From an uncultured Chloroflexia bacterium (lineage in GTDB: Bacteria; Chloroflexota; Ktedonobacteria; Ktedonobacterales; JADMIN01), in contig CAVRAI010000007.1 of the NCBI GenBank assembly GCA_963718915.1, positions 180,001 to 212,000 of the forward strand: 32,000 bases of DNA. The letters run 5' to 3'. The position numbers and the translations under genes were made by a program. The notes under the pieces are model-generated. The model saw only the letters and a program-made list of their open reading frames with translations, was not told the DNA's origin and did no database searches. Position 1 is the first letter of the stretch; each line of letters begins with the position of its first letter. Below are positions 6,894 through 14,811 of the stretch, piece by piece.

Positions 6894-8885
6894 TCAGAAG
6901 GCGCCGCGTCCCGTGAGCACAATCTTGATCGTCATCAGCAGTATCTTGATATCGAGCCAGAGGGAATAATTGCGCACGTAGAAGATGTCATCCTGGGTGT
7001 GCAGATGCAGCACGCGGTTGCTGCGGCCATTGACCTGCCACCAGCCGGTCAGCCCCTGTGGCACCAGTAGCCGCCGATACTGCCAGGCGCGATAGCGTTC
7101 CACGATCCACGGCAGCTCCGGGCGCGGGCCGACGACCGACATGTCGCCCTTCAGGATGTTGAGCAACTGCGGCAGCTCATCCAGGCTGGTGCGCCGCAGG
7201 AAAGCGCCCACCCGCGTGATGTTGGGGTTATCGCGGCGTTTGTGCGCCAGGTCTTTAGTGGCCGTCCGCTCGGCCACCTCTTTCATGCGCCGCTCGGTAT
7301 CCACCCGCATGGTGCGGAACTTGAGCATGACGAAGCGGCGGTTGTGCTGGCCGATGCGCTCCTGCTTGAAGAGCGCCGGGCCGGGTGAATCCAGGCGAAC
7401 CAGCAACGCGATGAGGAGCATCAGCGGCGTGGCGAGGATAAGGCATGGTATGCAGATTGCCAGATCCATCAGCCGCTTGACGCGCGCGTTCCATCCTGAA
7501 ATCGCCGACTCCGTCAGGCCAATCACCGGGATGCCATCAATCTCGTCCACGGCGATCTTGGCGGTCTCCGTTACTACATCGGGCAGTACATAGAGTTGTA
7601 CTGGCAGATTCGCCAGGCTGCTGATGAGCCAGCTTGCCTCATACCGCTCGCGTGGGGAAAGGGCGATCAGCACCAGGTCAACCTGTTTCTCGCGAATGAC
7701 GCGCGGCGCATCACGCAGGTCCCCCAGCCGCCAGCTTATCCAGCGGTGGTAGAGGGCTTCCTGCCAGTGGCTTGGCATATCCGGCTCAGGGTGGAACTCT
7801 CGGCGCGGACCGACGACGCCGATAATTTCGAGGCCAATTGCGCTGCGCGCCGAGACCGCACGCGCGGCATCGATGGCCAGGCGTCCGGTGCCGATGATGA
7901 GAATCCGCCGCCGGGGAGCGCCCAAACGCGCCAGCGGCCGCAAGACGACCCGCGCCAGCGCCAGCAGCACAGCGTCCACAATGACAAACGTCAGCCAGAA
8001 GATACGCATGCGGTCGAGCACCAGAAAATAGAGGATGCCGCTGACGGCTAGTCCGGCAAGTCCAACCGCGATGAAAGCCCGCAGCGGGGCGAAGATATTG
8101 TTGACCCAACTGGAGCGATACACCCCAAGCAACGAAAAGACGACGGGCCAGACGACTGCGACGATTGCCGCAAAGATGAGCGCGTCAGAAGTCTTGAGAT
8201 AGCGAATCTGCGGAACGAGGCTCGCAATGGCGCCGCTGAAGTGTTCGATCAGGACGATCAGCAGCACCGAAAGGCCCGCGTCTACCAGGAGCATCATCTC
8301 ACTCAGACGGGCACGGGCGCGCCGACGATTGGCCAGCAGCCGCTCAATCTCGCGATACTCGGGATTGCGGGAGAGTCGGGCCATGCGGGTCGTGGTGCTA
8401 AATCCCATGTCTTCGTCGTCGGAATCGTCAATAGGCGCTGCCGCTGGCGATCCAGGCGCATGCGCCATCGGTGCGCGCCCAGCGGCAGGATCGCCCTGGC
8501 CATGTTGGCCATACTGGCCATATTGGCCATTGTCGGGGCCAGAGGCGCGTAGCGGATACGAAAGATCAGGGTGTCCGCCGCCGTTCATCGGCGGCGGCGA
8601 GGGAGGCGCCTGAGGCTCGCGTGGGGGCTGATAGGGCGTATAGGTCTGGTTGGGCGCGCCAGAAGCCCCATCGGGCCACGCGCCCTGTCCGTAGTTCTGG
8701 CTAGTGTGCTGCCCGCTGTGCTGCCCGTTGTTCTGCCCGTTGTTCTGCCCTTGATTCAGGCCATTGTGCTGAGTGCTGTGGTCGGACTGCCAGGGATACG
8801 GAGGCTGCGGGGATTGCGGGGACGGCGGGCGCTGATCATCAGGCTCGTGTCCCCCATTGTTCTGCCATCCATGGTGCGTTGTCAT
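6894..8885 (-). CDS. Polyprenyl-phosphate sugar phosphotransferase (bacterial sugar transferase, WbaP/EpsB-like) with a ~190-aa Q/N/G/P-rich N-terminal extension
   Basis: The C-terminal domain reads KRLMDLAICIPCLILATPLMLLIALLVRLDSPGPALFKQERIG...FRTM...DELPQLLNILKGDMSVVGPRP. TM helices and a Rossmann-like central region lie upstream of it. ATG at 8885 is preceded by GGGAGGGG. Confidence 0.85.
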   Translation of the reverse strand: MTTHHGWQNNGGHEPDDQRPPSPQSPQPPYPWQSDHSTQHNGLNQGQNNGQNNGQHSGQHTSQNYGQGAWPDGASGAPNQTYTPYQPPREPQAPPSPPPMNGGGHPDLSYPLRASGPDNGQYGQYGQHGQGDPAAGRAPMAHAPGSPAAAPIDDSDDEDMGFSTTTRMARLSRNPEYREIERLLANRRRARARLSEMMLLVDAGLSVLLIVLIEHFSGAIASLVPQIRYLKTSDALIFAAIVAVVWPVVFSLLGVYRSSWVNNIFAPLRAFIAVGLAGLAVSGILYFLVLDRMRIFWLTFVIVDAVLLALARVVLRPLARLGAPRRRILIIGTGRLAIDAARAVSARSAIGLEIIGVVGPRREFHPEPDMPSHWQEALYHRWISWRLGDLRDAPRVIREKQVDLVLIALSPRERYEASWLISSLANLPVQLYVLPDVVTETAKIAVDEIDGIPVIGLTESAISGWNARVKRLMDLAICIPCLILATPLMLLIALLVRLDSPGPALFKQERIGQHNRRFVMLKFRTMRVDTERRMKEVAERTATKDLAHKRRDNPNITRVGAFLRRTSLDELPQLLNILKGDMSVVGPRPELPWIVERYRAWQYRRLLVPQGLTGWWQVNGRSNRVLHLHTQDDIFYVRNYSLWLDIKILLMTIKIVLTGRGAF
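8496..8531. repeat. Coding 9-bp tandem repeat x4 (YTGGCCATN)
   Basis: The four units are ctggccatg / ttggccata / ctggccata / ttggccatt. On the minus strand they encode GQYGQYGQHGQ inside the sugar-transferase N-terminal extension. Confidence 0.9.
8706..8753. repeat. Coding 12-bp tandem repeat x4 (GTKCTGCCCGYT)
   Basis: The four units are gtgctgcccgct / gtgctgcccgtt / gttctgcccgtt / gttctgcccttg. On the minus strand they encode QGQNNGQNNGQHSGQH. Confidence 0.9.
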
Positions 8886-8980
8886 CTGGTCCGCCCCTCC
8901 CTCAGTTCCTCCACCATGCTGCCGGGATCATCCAGGCCGAATCTGAGGCCACACCGCCTCATTCACAATATCACGTTGCT

Positions 8981-9002
8981 GGGTATTGATTGGGTATTGA
9001 TA
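8981..9002. repeat. 11-bp tandem duplication (gggtattgatt / gggtattgata)
   Basis: Read directly from the sequence. It lies in the ~650-bp intergenic region, about 100 bp upstream of the sugar-transferase start. Confidence 0.9.
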
Positions 9003-9109
9003 GCGCAGACCGTGCCACCATCCTGGCTTTCGCCCGGGATTCTCAACCCACGCATGAGTACTACAACGACAGAGCAGCAAGCAGGTCACCGTTTCCGGGA
9101 TCATTGTTG

Positions 9110-9131
9110 CCAGCTCTCAGCCAGCTCTCAG
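9110..9131. repeat. Perfect 11-bp tandem duplication (ccagctctcag x2)
   Basis: Read directly from the sequence, in the same intergenic region. Confidence 0.9.
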
Positions 9132-9435
9132 TCTGCCAACTGACTTACCATGCGTTGTGTTCGCGCGGAGCCAGCGAGCCATACGTGGCGCGTTTTTCCG
9201 TTCAAGTCTACTCTATCCCATCCCCACTGTCTATGAATATGACGCGAGTGGCGCTGATGATATCCCTCATGTTGTCAGGATCACACATAACTTCACAACC
9301 GATAGTACTGCTCATTTAGCCCGATTTGTGATTCACGACAGCTCTTGTGTATTATCTCCCTCGTGCCTTCGACAAGGCGCAACTCTGATCTCTGGACACC
9401 TGACGGCAGCAAGAATCTGTCGTCGCTGAGAAGAC

Positions 9436-9459
9436 CGCGCGCAGGTACGCGCGTGTTTT
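9436..9459 (+). terminator. Terminator-like or attenuator-like hairpin in the leader of the CHAP-like gene
   Basis: CGCGCG (9436-9441) pairs with CGCGCG (9448-9453) around a 6-nt loop, followed by TGTTTT. The hairpin sits about 75 nt upstream of the TTG start at 9532. The stem is short and the T-tract is short. Confidence 0.25.
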
Positions 9460-9531
9460 CTAGGAGGGCTAACAATCGCGGTAACGCAGCCGCGAACAGG
9501 CTCCCACGGGAGCCTCGAGAGGGGTACTATC

Positions 9532-10299
9532 TTGGCGCATTTTCCTACTGTACTGACTGGCCGTCTGTCCCGCGCGCGCATGCTGTTTGGAGCAGCGCTT
9601 CTGGGAGCGGCGTTCGTAGCGGCACTCGGAGCCAGTGGCTCGATGCCTACGGCTGATGCGGCGAGCAGCCTGCACTATCAGCGCGGTTACTACGTCGTGA
9701 ATGGCATGCTCTGCTACGGCTGGGCAAACGGAACCTATCACTGCACCGGACACTGGCATCGCAGCGGCAGCCAGCTCGTTTCTGATAACCCTTCGTGGGT
9801 CCCCAATGCAGCCTCGACCGGCGGAACCTCCAGCGCCGCCAGCAGGCCCAGCACGTCGGCTGCGAAAGTTACCGGCAGCAACACCGCCGGCCAGCCATGT
9901 CGCAGCTCCTACATGTTCCCGGCGCACATCAGCCAGTGGACGACGCCTGTGAGCTGCTATGCGGGCGTATATCGCGTGAATCCTGCCAACTATGTCTATC
10001 GCTCCGGCTTTGGCTGGTGCAACTGGTGGCCTGAGGTGCTCCATCCACGACAGGCTGACATTCTGTGGGGTCGCGAATATCGCCACTCGTCCGCGCCAAC
10101 ACCCGGCGCGGTGGTCCACTTCAATGGTGGCGTTCAGGGGGCGAGCAGGGATGGTCACTGGGCACAGGTGGTTGCGGTAGCGCCCGATCACTACTGGGTG
10201 CTCGTTACCGAGATGAACTTCACCTGGCGTGGCGCTGGTTGGCAGAAGGTCAACTATCGCTATATCCACGTCGGAGCTGGAGTCACCTTCATTTCGTAG
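9532..10299 (+). CDS. Secreted CHAP-like cysteine peptidase/amidase (cell-wall hydrolase candidate)
   Basis: TTG at 9532 is preceded by GAGAGGGG. The N-terminus is signal-peptide-like (RLSRARMLFGAALLGAAFVAALGASG...ADA). The C-terminus carries FGWCNWWPEV (Cys motif) and DGHWAQVVAV (His motif), which resemble the CHAP catalytic pair. Confidence 0.6.
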   Translation: MAHFPTVLTGRLSRARMLFGAALLGAAFVAALGASGSMPTADAASSLHYQRGYYVVNGMLCYGWANGTYHCTGHWHRSGSQLVSDNPSWVPNAASTGGTSSAASRPSTSAAKVTGSNTAGQPCRSSYMFPAHISQWTTPVSCYAGVYRVNPANYVYRSGFGWCNWWPEVLHPRQADILWGREYRHSSAPTPGAVVHFNGGVQGASRDGHWAQVVAVAPDHYWVLVTEMNFTWRGAGWQKVNYRYIHVGAGVTFIS

Positions 10300-10660
10300 C
10301 TGGCGAGCTACCGGTCCAGGTCAGAGCGTATGGGGGCGTGCTTCATGAGGAGGCGCGCCTCTTGTCGTTTCCATGGGATTGTCCGGCGGCGCGGCGTGCT
10401 GCTCCACACACGCTGCCGGTGGAGGAGTAGCAATGTAGAGTGCCAATCGGATGGTGGCGTTTGCAGTGAGGCGAGCATGCCGCAGGCTGAAGACCTGCGG
10501 CTAATCCCTGCCGCAGCACATCCGCTCACCTCCCAGTGGAAACCGAATGGCCAGGATTAACCGGGGCGCTTCAGGCCACGGCGAGCGAACCCCTGCTCGT
10601 ATCGTGCCCTGTGGTTCCCATTCGCATCGTTTCCCCTTCCCACAATCGCCCGCTCTCGCG

Positions 10661-10666
10661 TATACT
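10661..10666 (+). promoter_or_regulatory. Candidate -10 box TATACT upstream of the TIR-TPR gene
   Basis: TATACT lies 56 nt upstream of ATG 10722. The only -35 candidate is weak (TTCCCA, 10637-10642, 18-nt spacer). Confidence 0.3.
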
Positions 10667-10721
10667 ACGCCTATATCGTGCGTTGCTCGCTTCACCCGAT
10701 GCTCTTTGAGGAGGCTGCCCG

Positions 10722-11915
10722 ATGGCCAACGCCCTGCCGATCTTTGTCAGCCACAGCCACGAGGATAGCGCGTTCTGCCAGGCGCTGGTGACGGCGCTCC
10801 GTGGCGCGGGCGCGGATGTCTGGTTCGACGAGCACAATCTGGGCGCGGGCCATCTGATGGACGTGATCCAGCAGGAGCTGGGGCGGCGCAAAATCTTTAT
10901 CGTCATCCTCTCGAAGCACGCCTTCGCCTCCAAGTGGGTGCGTCGCGAGACGGGCTGGGCGTACTCGCTCTACGACCGCGACCCCACCCGCGTCATCCTG
11001 CCGGTGACGGCCAGCGCCATCGAGCGCGACGACTTCAGCCCCGAAAATAGCTGGCTCTTTCTTGAAGACTTCAAGCGGATCGAGGCGCTGGGGTTCCAGT
11101 CGTATCCGCTGGCCGAGGCGGTGGGCCGCGTGCTGCATGCCCTCGCGCTGACCCCCGCAGGTGAGGCGCCTGCCCCGATGGCCCCACAGCCGACCGAGAG
11201 TGTGGGCGATCTCATCACCCGTGGCAAGGCGCTCCAGCAACAGGGCAAGCATGTCGAAGCGCTGACCCTCTTCGAGCGCGCCACCCAGCTTGATCCCAAT
11301 TCAGATGATGCCTGGTTCAATGTCGGCTACTCGCTCGATGCGTTGGGTCGCTATGAACAGGCGCTAGCTGCCTGTGACCGCGCTCTCAGCCTCAATCGTA
11401 GCGATGCTGTTGTCTGGAATAATAAAGGCAAAGCGCTCCTCGACTTGCAGCGCTACGGTGAGGCACTGGCGGCGTATGAACAGTCTCTGGCCCTCGACCC
11501 TAAATATGTACTCGCCTGGAATGGCAAGGGCAATGCGCTCCTAGGCTTGCAGCGCTACGACGAAGCATTGGTAGCTTATGAGCAGGTGCTTTCCCTCGAC
11601 CTCAAATACACATTCGCATGGAACGGCAAGGGCAACGCGCTCCAGGATGGGTTGGGTCGCTCCCAGGAGGCGCTCACGGCCTTCGAGCAGGCGCTGGCCC
11701 TCGACCCGAGAATGAAGGAGGCCTGGCTTGGCAAGGGCAATGCGCTATATAGCCTCAAGAGGCACGAAGAGGAGATAGCGGCCTACCGGCAAGCGGTTGC
11801 CATTGATCCTACAATAGTAAAAGCATGGAGCTATATGGCCAGTACACTGCGTTCACTGGGGCGCACGCAAGAGGCGGAGGAGGCGGAGGCGCGGGCAAAG
11901 GCGCTCGGCGGGTAG
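10722..11915 (+). CDS. TIR domain protein fused to seven tetratricopeptide (TPR) repeats
   Basis: ATG at 10722 is preceded by GAGGAGG. The N-terminal TIR_2-like domain reads IFVSHSHEDSAFCQAL...VWFDEHNLGAGH...IFIVILSKHAFASKWVRRE, with a Glu at the position of the NADase catalytic Glu. From about aa 165 there are seven 34-aa repeats of the form W-N-KG-AL--L-RY-EAL-AYEQ-L-LDP. Confidence 0.85.
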   Translation: MANALPIFVSHSHEDSAFCQALVTALRGAGADVWFDEHNLGAGHLMDVIQQELGRRKIFIVILSKHAFASKWVRRETGWAYSLYDRDPTRVILPVTASAIERDDFSPENSWLFLEDFKRIEALGFQSYPLAEAVGRVLHALALTPAGEAPAPMAPQPTESVGDLITRGKALQQQGKHVEALTLFERATQLDPNSDDAWFNVGYSLDALGRYEQALAACDRALSLNRSDAVVWNNKGKALLDLQRYGEALAAYEQSLALDPKYVLAWNGKGNALLGLQRYDEALVAYEQVLSLDLKYTFAWNGKGNALQDGLGRSQEALTAFEQALALDPRMKEAWLGKGNALYSLKRHEEEIAAYRQAVAIDPTIVKAWSYMASTLRSLGRTQEAEEAEARAKALGG

Positions 11916-11968
11916 AGCGCGGGTAATGCTGTTGGGGCGAGCGCGGTAGTGGGGAACGCGGGCGGTTA

Positions 11969-12140
11969 ATGTAGTTTCACTTTTTCTACCGAACACCGCG
12001 CGTTGTGGCGGGCGAGGCAGACCGTAGCATAAATGCTACGGCGAATTTCCGCCTCTCAGGCCCATTCGCCGTAGCGTGAGCGCTACGGCTTGCTCGCCCT
12101 ACCACACCGCCGTTGTCCGTCGCACATGCTATAACGACAT
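11969..12140. repeat. Copy A of a ~175-bp nested-palindrome (MITE-like) intergenic repeat
   Basis: The core 12015-12096 is near-identical to 15599-15686 in copy B. It contains hairpins ccgtagcat/atgctacgg, ggcgaat/attcgcc and ccgtagcg/cgctacgg, plus complementary outer arms. The termini are diverged relative to copy B (20 of 27 positions match at the left end). Confidence 0.85.
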
Positions 12141-12187
12141 AAACCGCGCCTGAACGGCCTCACTTTGTTCTGCCACGAAACCCGCCT

Positions 12188-14008
12188 TCACGTCACGCGC
12201 GCTGACCTGGCTGATTTGGCCAGTGCGGGCGTCGGGCGCGCGGGGGGCTTCCGCCGTCGTGACGCGGACGAGTTGGGGGTAGAGTCGGCGGCGCGCGGGA
12301 CGGACACCGTGAAACAGGAACCGTTGCCCAGCGTGCTCTCGACCGAGACGCTGCCGCCCATCGCCTCCGTCAGTTCCTTCACCAGCGCCAGCCCCAGACC
12401 CGATCCGCTGGCCGACTGCATCCGCGCGCGGTCGCTGCGGTAGAAGCGCTCCCAGATGTGCGGCAGGTCGTCCGCTGCGATGCCCTCGCCGGTATCCTTC
12501 ACCTGAAGCAGCACGCGCTCCGCATCAGCCGACGCCGAAATCGCCACGATTCCACCGGGCGGTGTGTGGCGGATGCCGTTGTGCAGTAGGTTCTGCAACA
12601 CCTGATTGAGCCGGTTACTATCCACCAGCGCCAGCGGCAACCCCGGCGCGACCTCCGCGACGACCTCCACCCGCCCCGACTGCCACGCCAGCGGCGCCAC
12701 CATCTCGGCGATCCGCCGCACCTCGTCGCCGACATCCGACGGGACGCAGCGCAGTTCGAGCTTGTTCACCGCGGCGCGGGCAAGCGTAAACAGGTCTTCG
12801 ATCAATGTCTGCAGGCGCCGTGTCTCGTGCTCCATGATGTCCAGATCGTGGCGGAGCGAGGCAGGCGGCGCGTCCTTCTCGTCCCAGCGCGCGCGCGCCG
12901 ACTCCAGATAGCCGCGCAGAGTACTCACGGGCGTGCGTAGCTCGTGCGAGACGCTCGCCACCAGCTCGCGCCGCGCACCCAGCAGGTGCGAGACGGTGTC
13001 GCGCTCGGCCTCCAGATCGCGCACCGCCGCCGACAGGTCCGTCGCCATCGCGTTGAAGTTCGCCTGAAGCTGTGCCACCTCGTCCGCGCCCTCAACCAGC
13101 ACGCGCACGCTATAGTCGCCCTCGCGGAGCGCGTTCGTGGCAGTGGTCAGTTTGCGCAGGCGACGGGTGGTGCGGCGGGCGAAGATATAGGAGAAGAGCA
13201 GCGACGGCGGTAAGACAACCAGTACGGCAATCACGGTCAGAATGCCCATGAGGACCAGGATTGGCAGAATCTGCGGCTCGATACTGTGGGTGAAGGAGAC
13301 TTCCGTGAGCACGATGAACCCAAAGAGCGCGCCAGAGCCGATAACCACCACCAGCAGATGCGCATTGGTCAGCGACCAGACCAGACTGCGGCGGCGCAGG
13401 CGATTCCACCAGACCAATAGCGAGATACCCGTCCGCACGAAGAGAAATGCCCCGGCCAGCACGAGCAGCCAGAGCAGCGAGTAGCGGGAAAGCAAAAAGT
13501 CGACGGCTGTGCTTCGTGCGGACACCTCCCTGATTTGTGCGGGCGACACCCCAGAGATTTCCGTGTGTACCAGCAGCGAGAGAATGATCGTTGGCGCGAT
13601 AGCCAGCACGAATGCGGCGGCGAGGTTGATCAGGAGGCGACACCACCAGCGCTCAGCCAGCCGCATCCGAAAGGCGGCCCAGAGCAAGCTGGCGACGCCA
13701 CTGATGAAAACCGCGACGATGATTCGTCCATAGACCGGCCCGACACCGCCTCCGAATTGTGACGTCATGATGACGAGAGACCAGACCAGCGCAAGCGCCT
13801 GTGGTACCAGCGCCTCGGCAACGGCCTGTATCGGGTGCGCGTGCAGCCAGAGCGTTTTCCATCGCTCTCGAATGAATCGCCACAACATCGCGATCTGTGG
13901 GCGCAGACGCATCCACTCGTCGCGCCACCATATCCCACCCTGTGTTAGCCATACCCGTAACTGGTCCGCAAGATTCGCGGCCTGTCTCATGGGTCTGAAT
14001 GGTCTCAT
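12188..14008 (-). CDS. Sensor histidine kinase (multi-TM N-terminus, HAMP, HisKA, HATPase_c)
   Basis: The H-box is SHELRTPVSTLRGYLE, the N-box is LLHNGIRHTPPGG, and the G-boxes are DTGEGI and GSGLGLALV. About 6-7 hydrophobic helices lie upstream of these. The start at 14008 overlaps the response-regulator stop in an ATGA arrangement. Confidence 0.9.
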   Translation of the reverse strand: MRPFRPMRQAANLADQLRVWLTQGGIWWRDEWMRLRPQIAMLWRFIRERWKTLWLHAHPIQAVAEALVPQALALVWSLVIMTSQFGGGVGPVYGRIIVAVFISGVASLLWAAFRMRLAERWWCRLLINLAAAFVLAIAPTIILSLLVHTEISGVSPAQIREVSARSTAVDFLLSRYSLLWLLVLAGAFLFVRTGISLLVWWNRLRRRSLVWSLTNAHLLVVVIGSGALFGFIVLTEVSFTHSIEPQILPILVLMGILTVIAVLVVLPPSLLFSYIFARRTTRRLRKLTTATNALREGDYSVRVLVEGADEVAQLQANFNAMATDLSAAVRDLEAERDTVSHLLGARRELVASVSHELRTPVSTLRGYLESARARWDEKDAPPASLRHDLDIMEHETRRLQTLIEDLFTLARAAVNKLELRCVPSDVGDEVRRIAEMVAPLAWQSGRVEVVAEVAPGLPLALVDSNRLNQVLQNLLHNGIRHTPPGGIVAISASADAERVLLQVKDTGEGIAADDLPHIWERFYRSDRARMQSASGSGLGLALVKELTEAMGGSVSVESTLGNGSCFTVSVPRAADSTPNSSASRRRKPPARPTPALAKSARSARVT

Positions 14009-14715
14009 AGGGCGCCTTCCTGTTCGGGTCGGAGCCGATAGCCGATGGACCAGACGGTTTCAATCTCCTCGCCCAGCGCGCCGAGTTTCTTCCGCAGCCG
14101 CAGCACGACGTTATCCACTGAACGGTCGCCGCCGATGTAGGACTCGCGCCAGATCGTTTCGAGCAGGTAGGTGCGGCTGAAGGCGCGTCCCGGGCTGCGC
14201 ATGAGCAGGTGCAGCAGGGCGAACTCGGTCGGGCTGAGATCGAGCGAATCGCCCTCCAGTGTCGCCAGGTGCGAGGCGGCATCCAGCCGCAGCGATCCGC
14301 GTGTCAGCGTCTCAGACGCGCCATCGCGATCCGCCGCCAGCATCTGCCGCAGAAGCTCCTGTCTCCGGAGCAGCGCCCGGACGCGGGCGATCAATTCGCG
14401 CATGCTGAATGGCTTGGTCAGGTAGTCGTCGGCGCCAACCTCCAGCCCGACGACGCGATCAGTCTCCTCGCTGCGCGCCGTCAGCATCAGCACAGGCGTC
14501 GGGGCCATCTGGCGAATCTGCCTCAGCACCTCCAGGCCATCCATGCCCGGCAGCATCCAGTCGAGGATGACGAGATCGGGCGAGACGCTGACATGCGCGG
14601 CCAGCGCGGCGCGACCATCGGCCACATGCCGCACACGATAGCCCGCCGCCTCAAGCTCGCGCACCACCACGGTGGCCAGTTCGCGCGCGTCCTCCACCAG
14701 CAGAATTGTCGCCAT
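14005..14715 (-). CDS. OmpR/PhoB-family response regulator (receiver plus winged-helix)
   Basis: ATG at 14715 begins MATILLVEDARELA. The receiver contains DLVILDWMLPGMDG and YLTKPF. The C-terminal trans_reg_C region reads LSPTEFALLHLLM...VDNVVLRLRKKL...IETVWSIGYRL. The ORF-track extension to 14871 is non-homologous. Confidence 0.9.
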   Translation of the reverse strand: MATILLVEDARELATVVVRELEAAGYRVRHVADGRAALAAHVSVSPDLVILDWMLPGMDGLEVLRQIRQMAPTPVLMLTARSEETDRVVGLEVGADDYLTKPFSMRELIARVRALLRRQELLRQMLAADRDGASETLTRGSLRLDAASHLATLEGDSLDLSPTEFALLHLLMRSPGRAFSRTYLLETIWRESYIGGDRSVDNVVLRLRKKLGALGEEIETVWSIGYRLRPEQEGAL

Positions 14716-14811
14716 GATCGCTACCCTCGCACCACGTTCGTTCGTAGACCTTTCGACATTATATGCATGAGAGTAGGTAAAAGAAGCTCTCGACATGGCC
14801 ACACCGCCACA

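Noticed and set aside
8496-9131. The short tandem repeats (9-, 11- and 12-bp units) considered as a CRISPR array.
   Set aside because: The units are directly adjacent with no spacers, are far shorter than CRISPR repeats, and two of the tracts are in-frame coding repeats. There are no cas genes in the window.
9300-9531. A cyclic-di-AMP (ydaO/kimA-type) riboswitch upstream of the cell-wall hydrolase gene.
   Set aside because: The genomic context is suggestive, and there is a GCTAAC...TCG..TAACGC stretch faintly like part of the motif. However, I cannot find the conserved GGGGACCC / ACGGGGAG / CCGAATCC elements or the pseudo-twofold architecture. I keep it only as an unclassified structured leader.
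12015-12096. The cloverleaf-like three-hairpin core considered as a tRNA or tRNA-like gene.
   Set aside because: It has no T-loop (GTTCRANYC) or D-loop consensus, no 7-nt anticodon loop and no acceptor stem of the correct geometry. Hairpins 1 and 3 are copies of each other, which fits a palindromic repeat rather than a tRNA.
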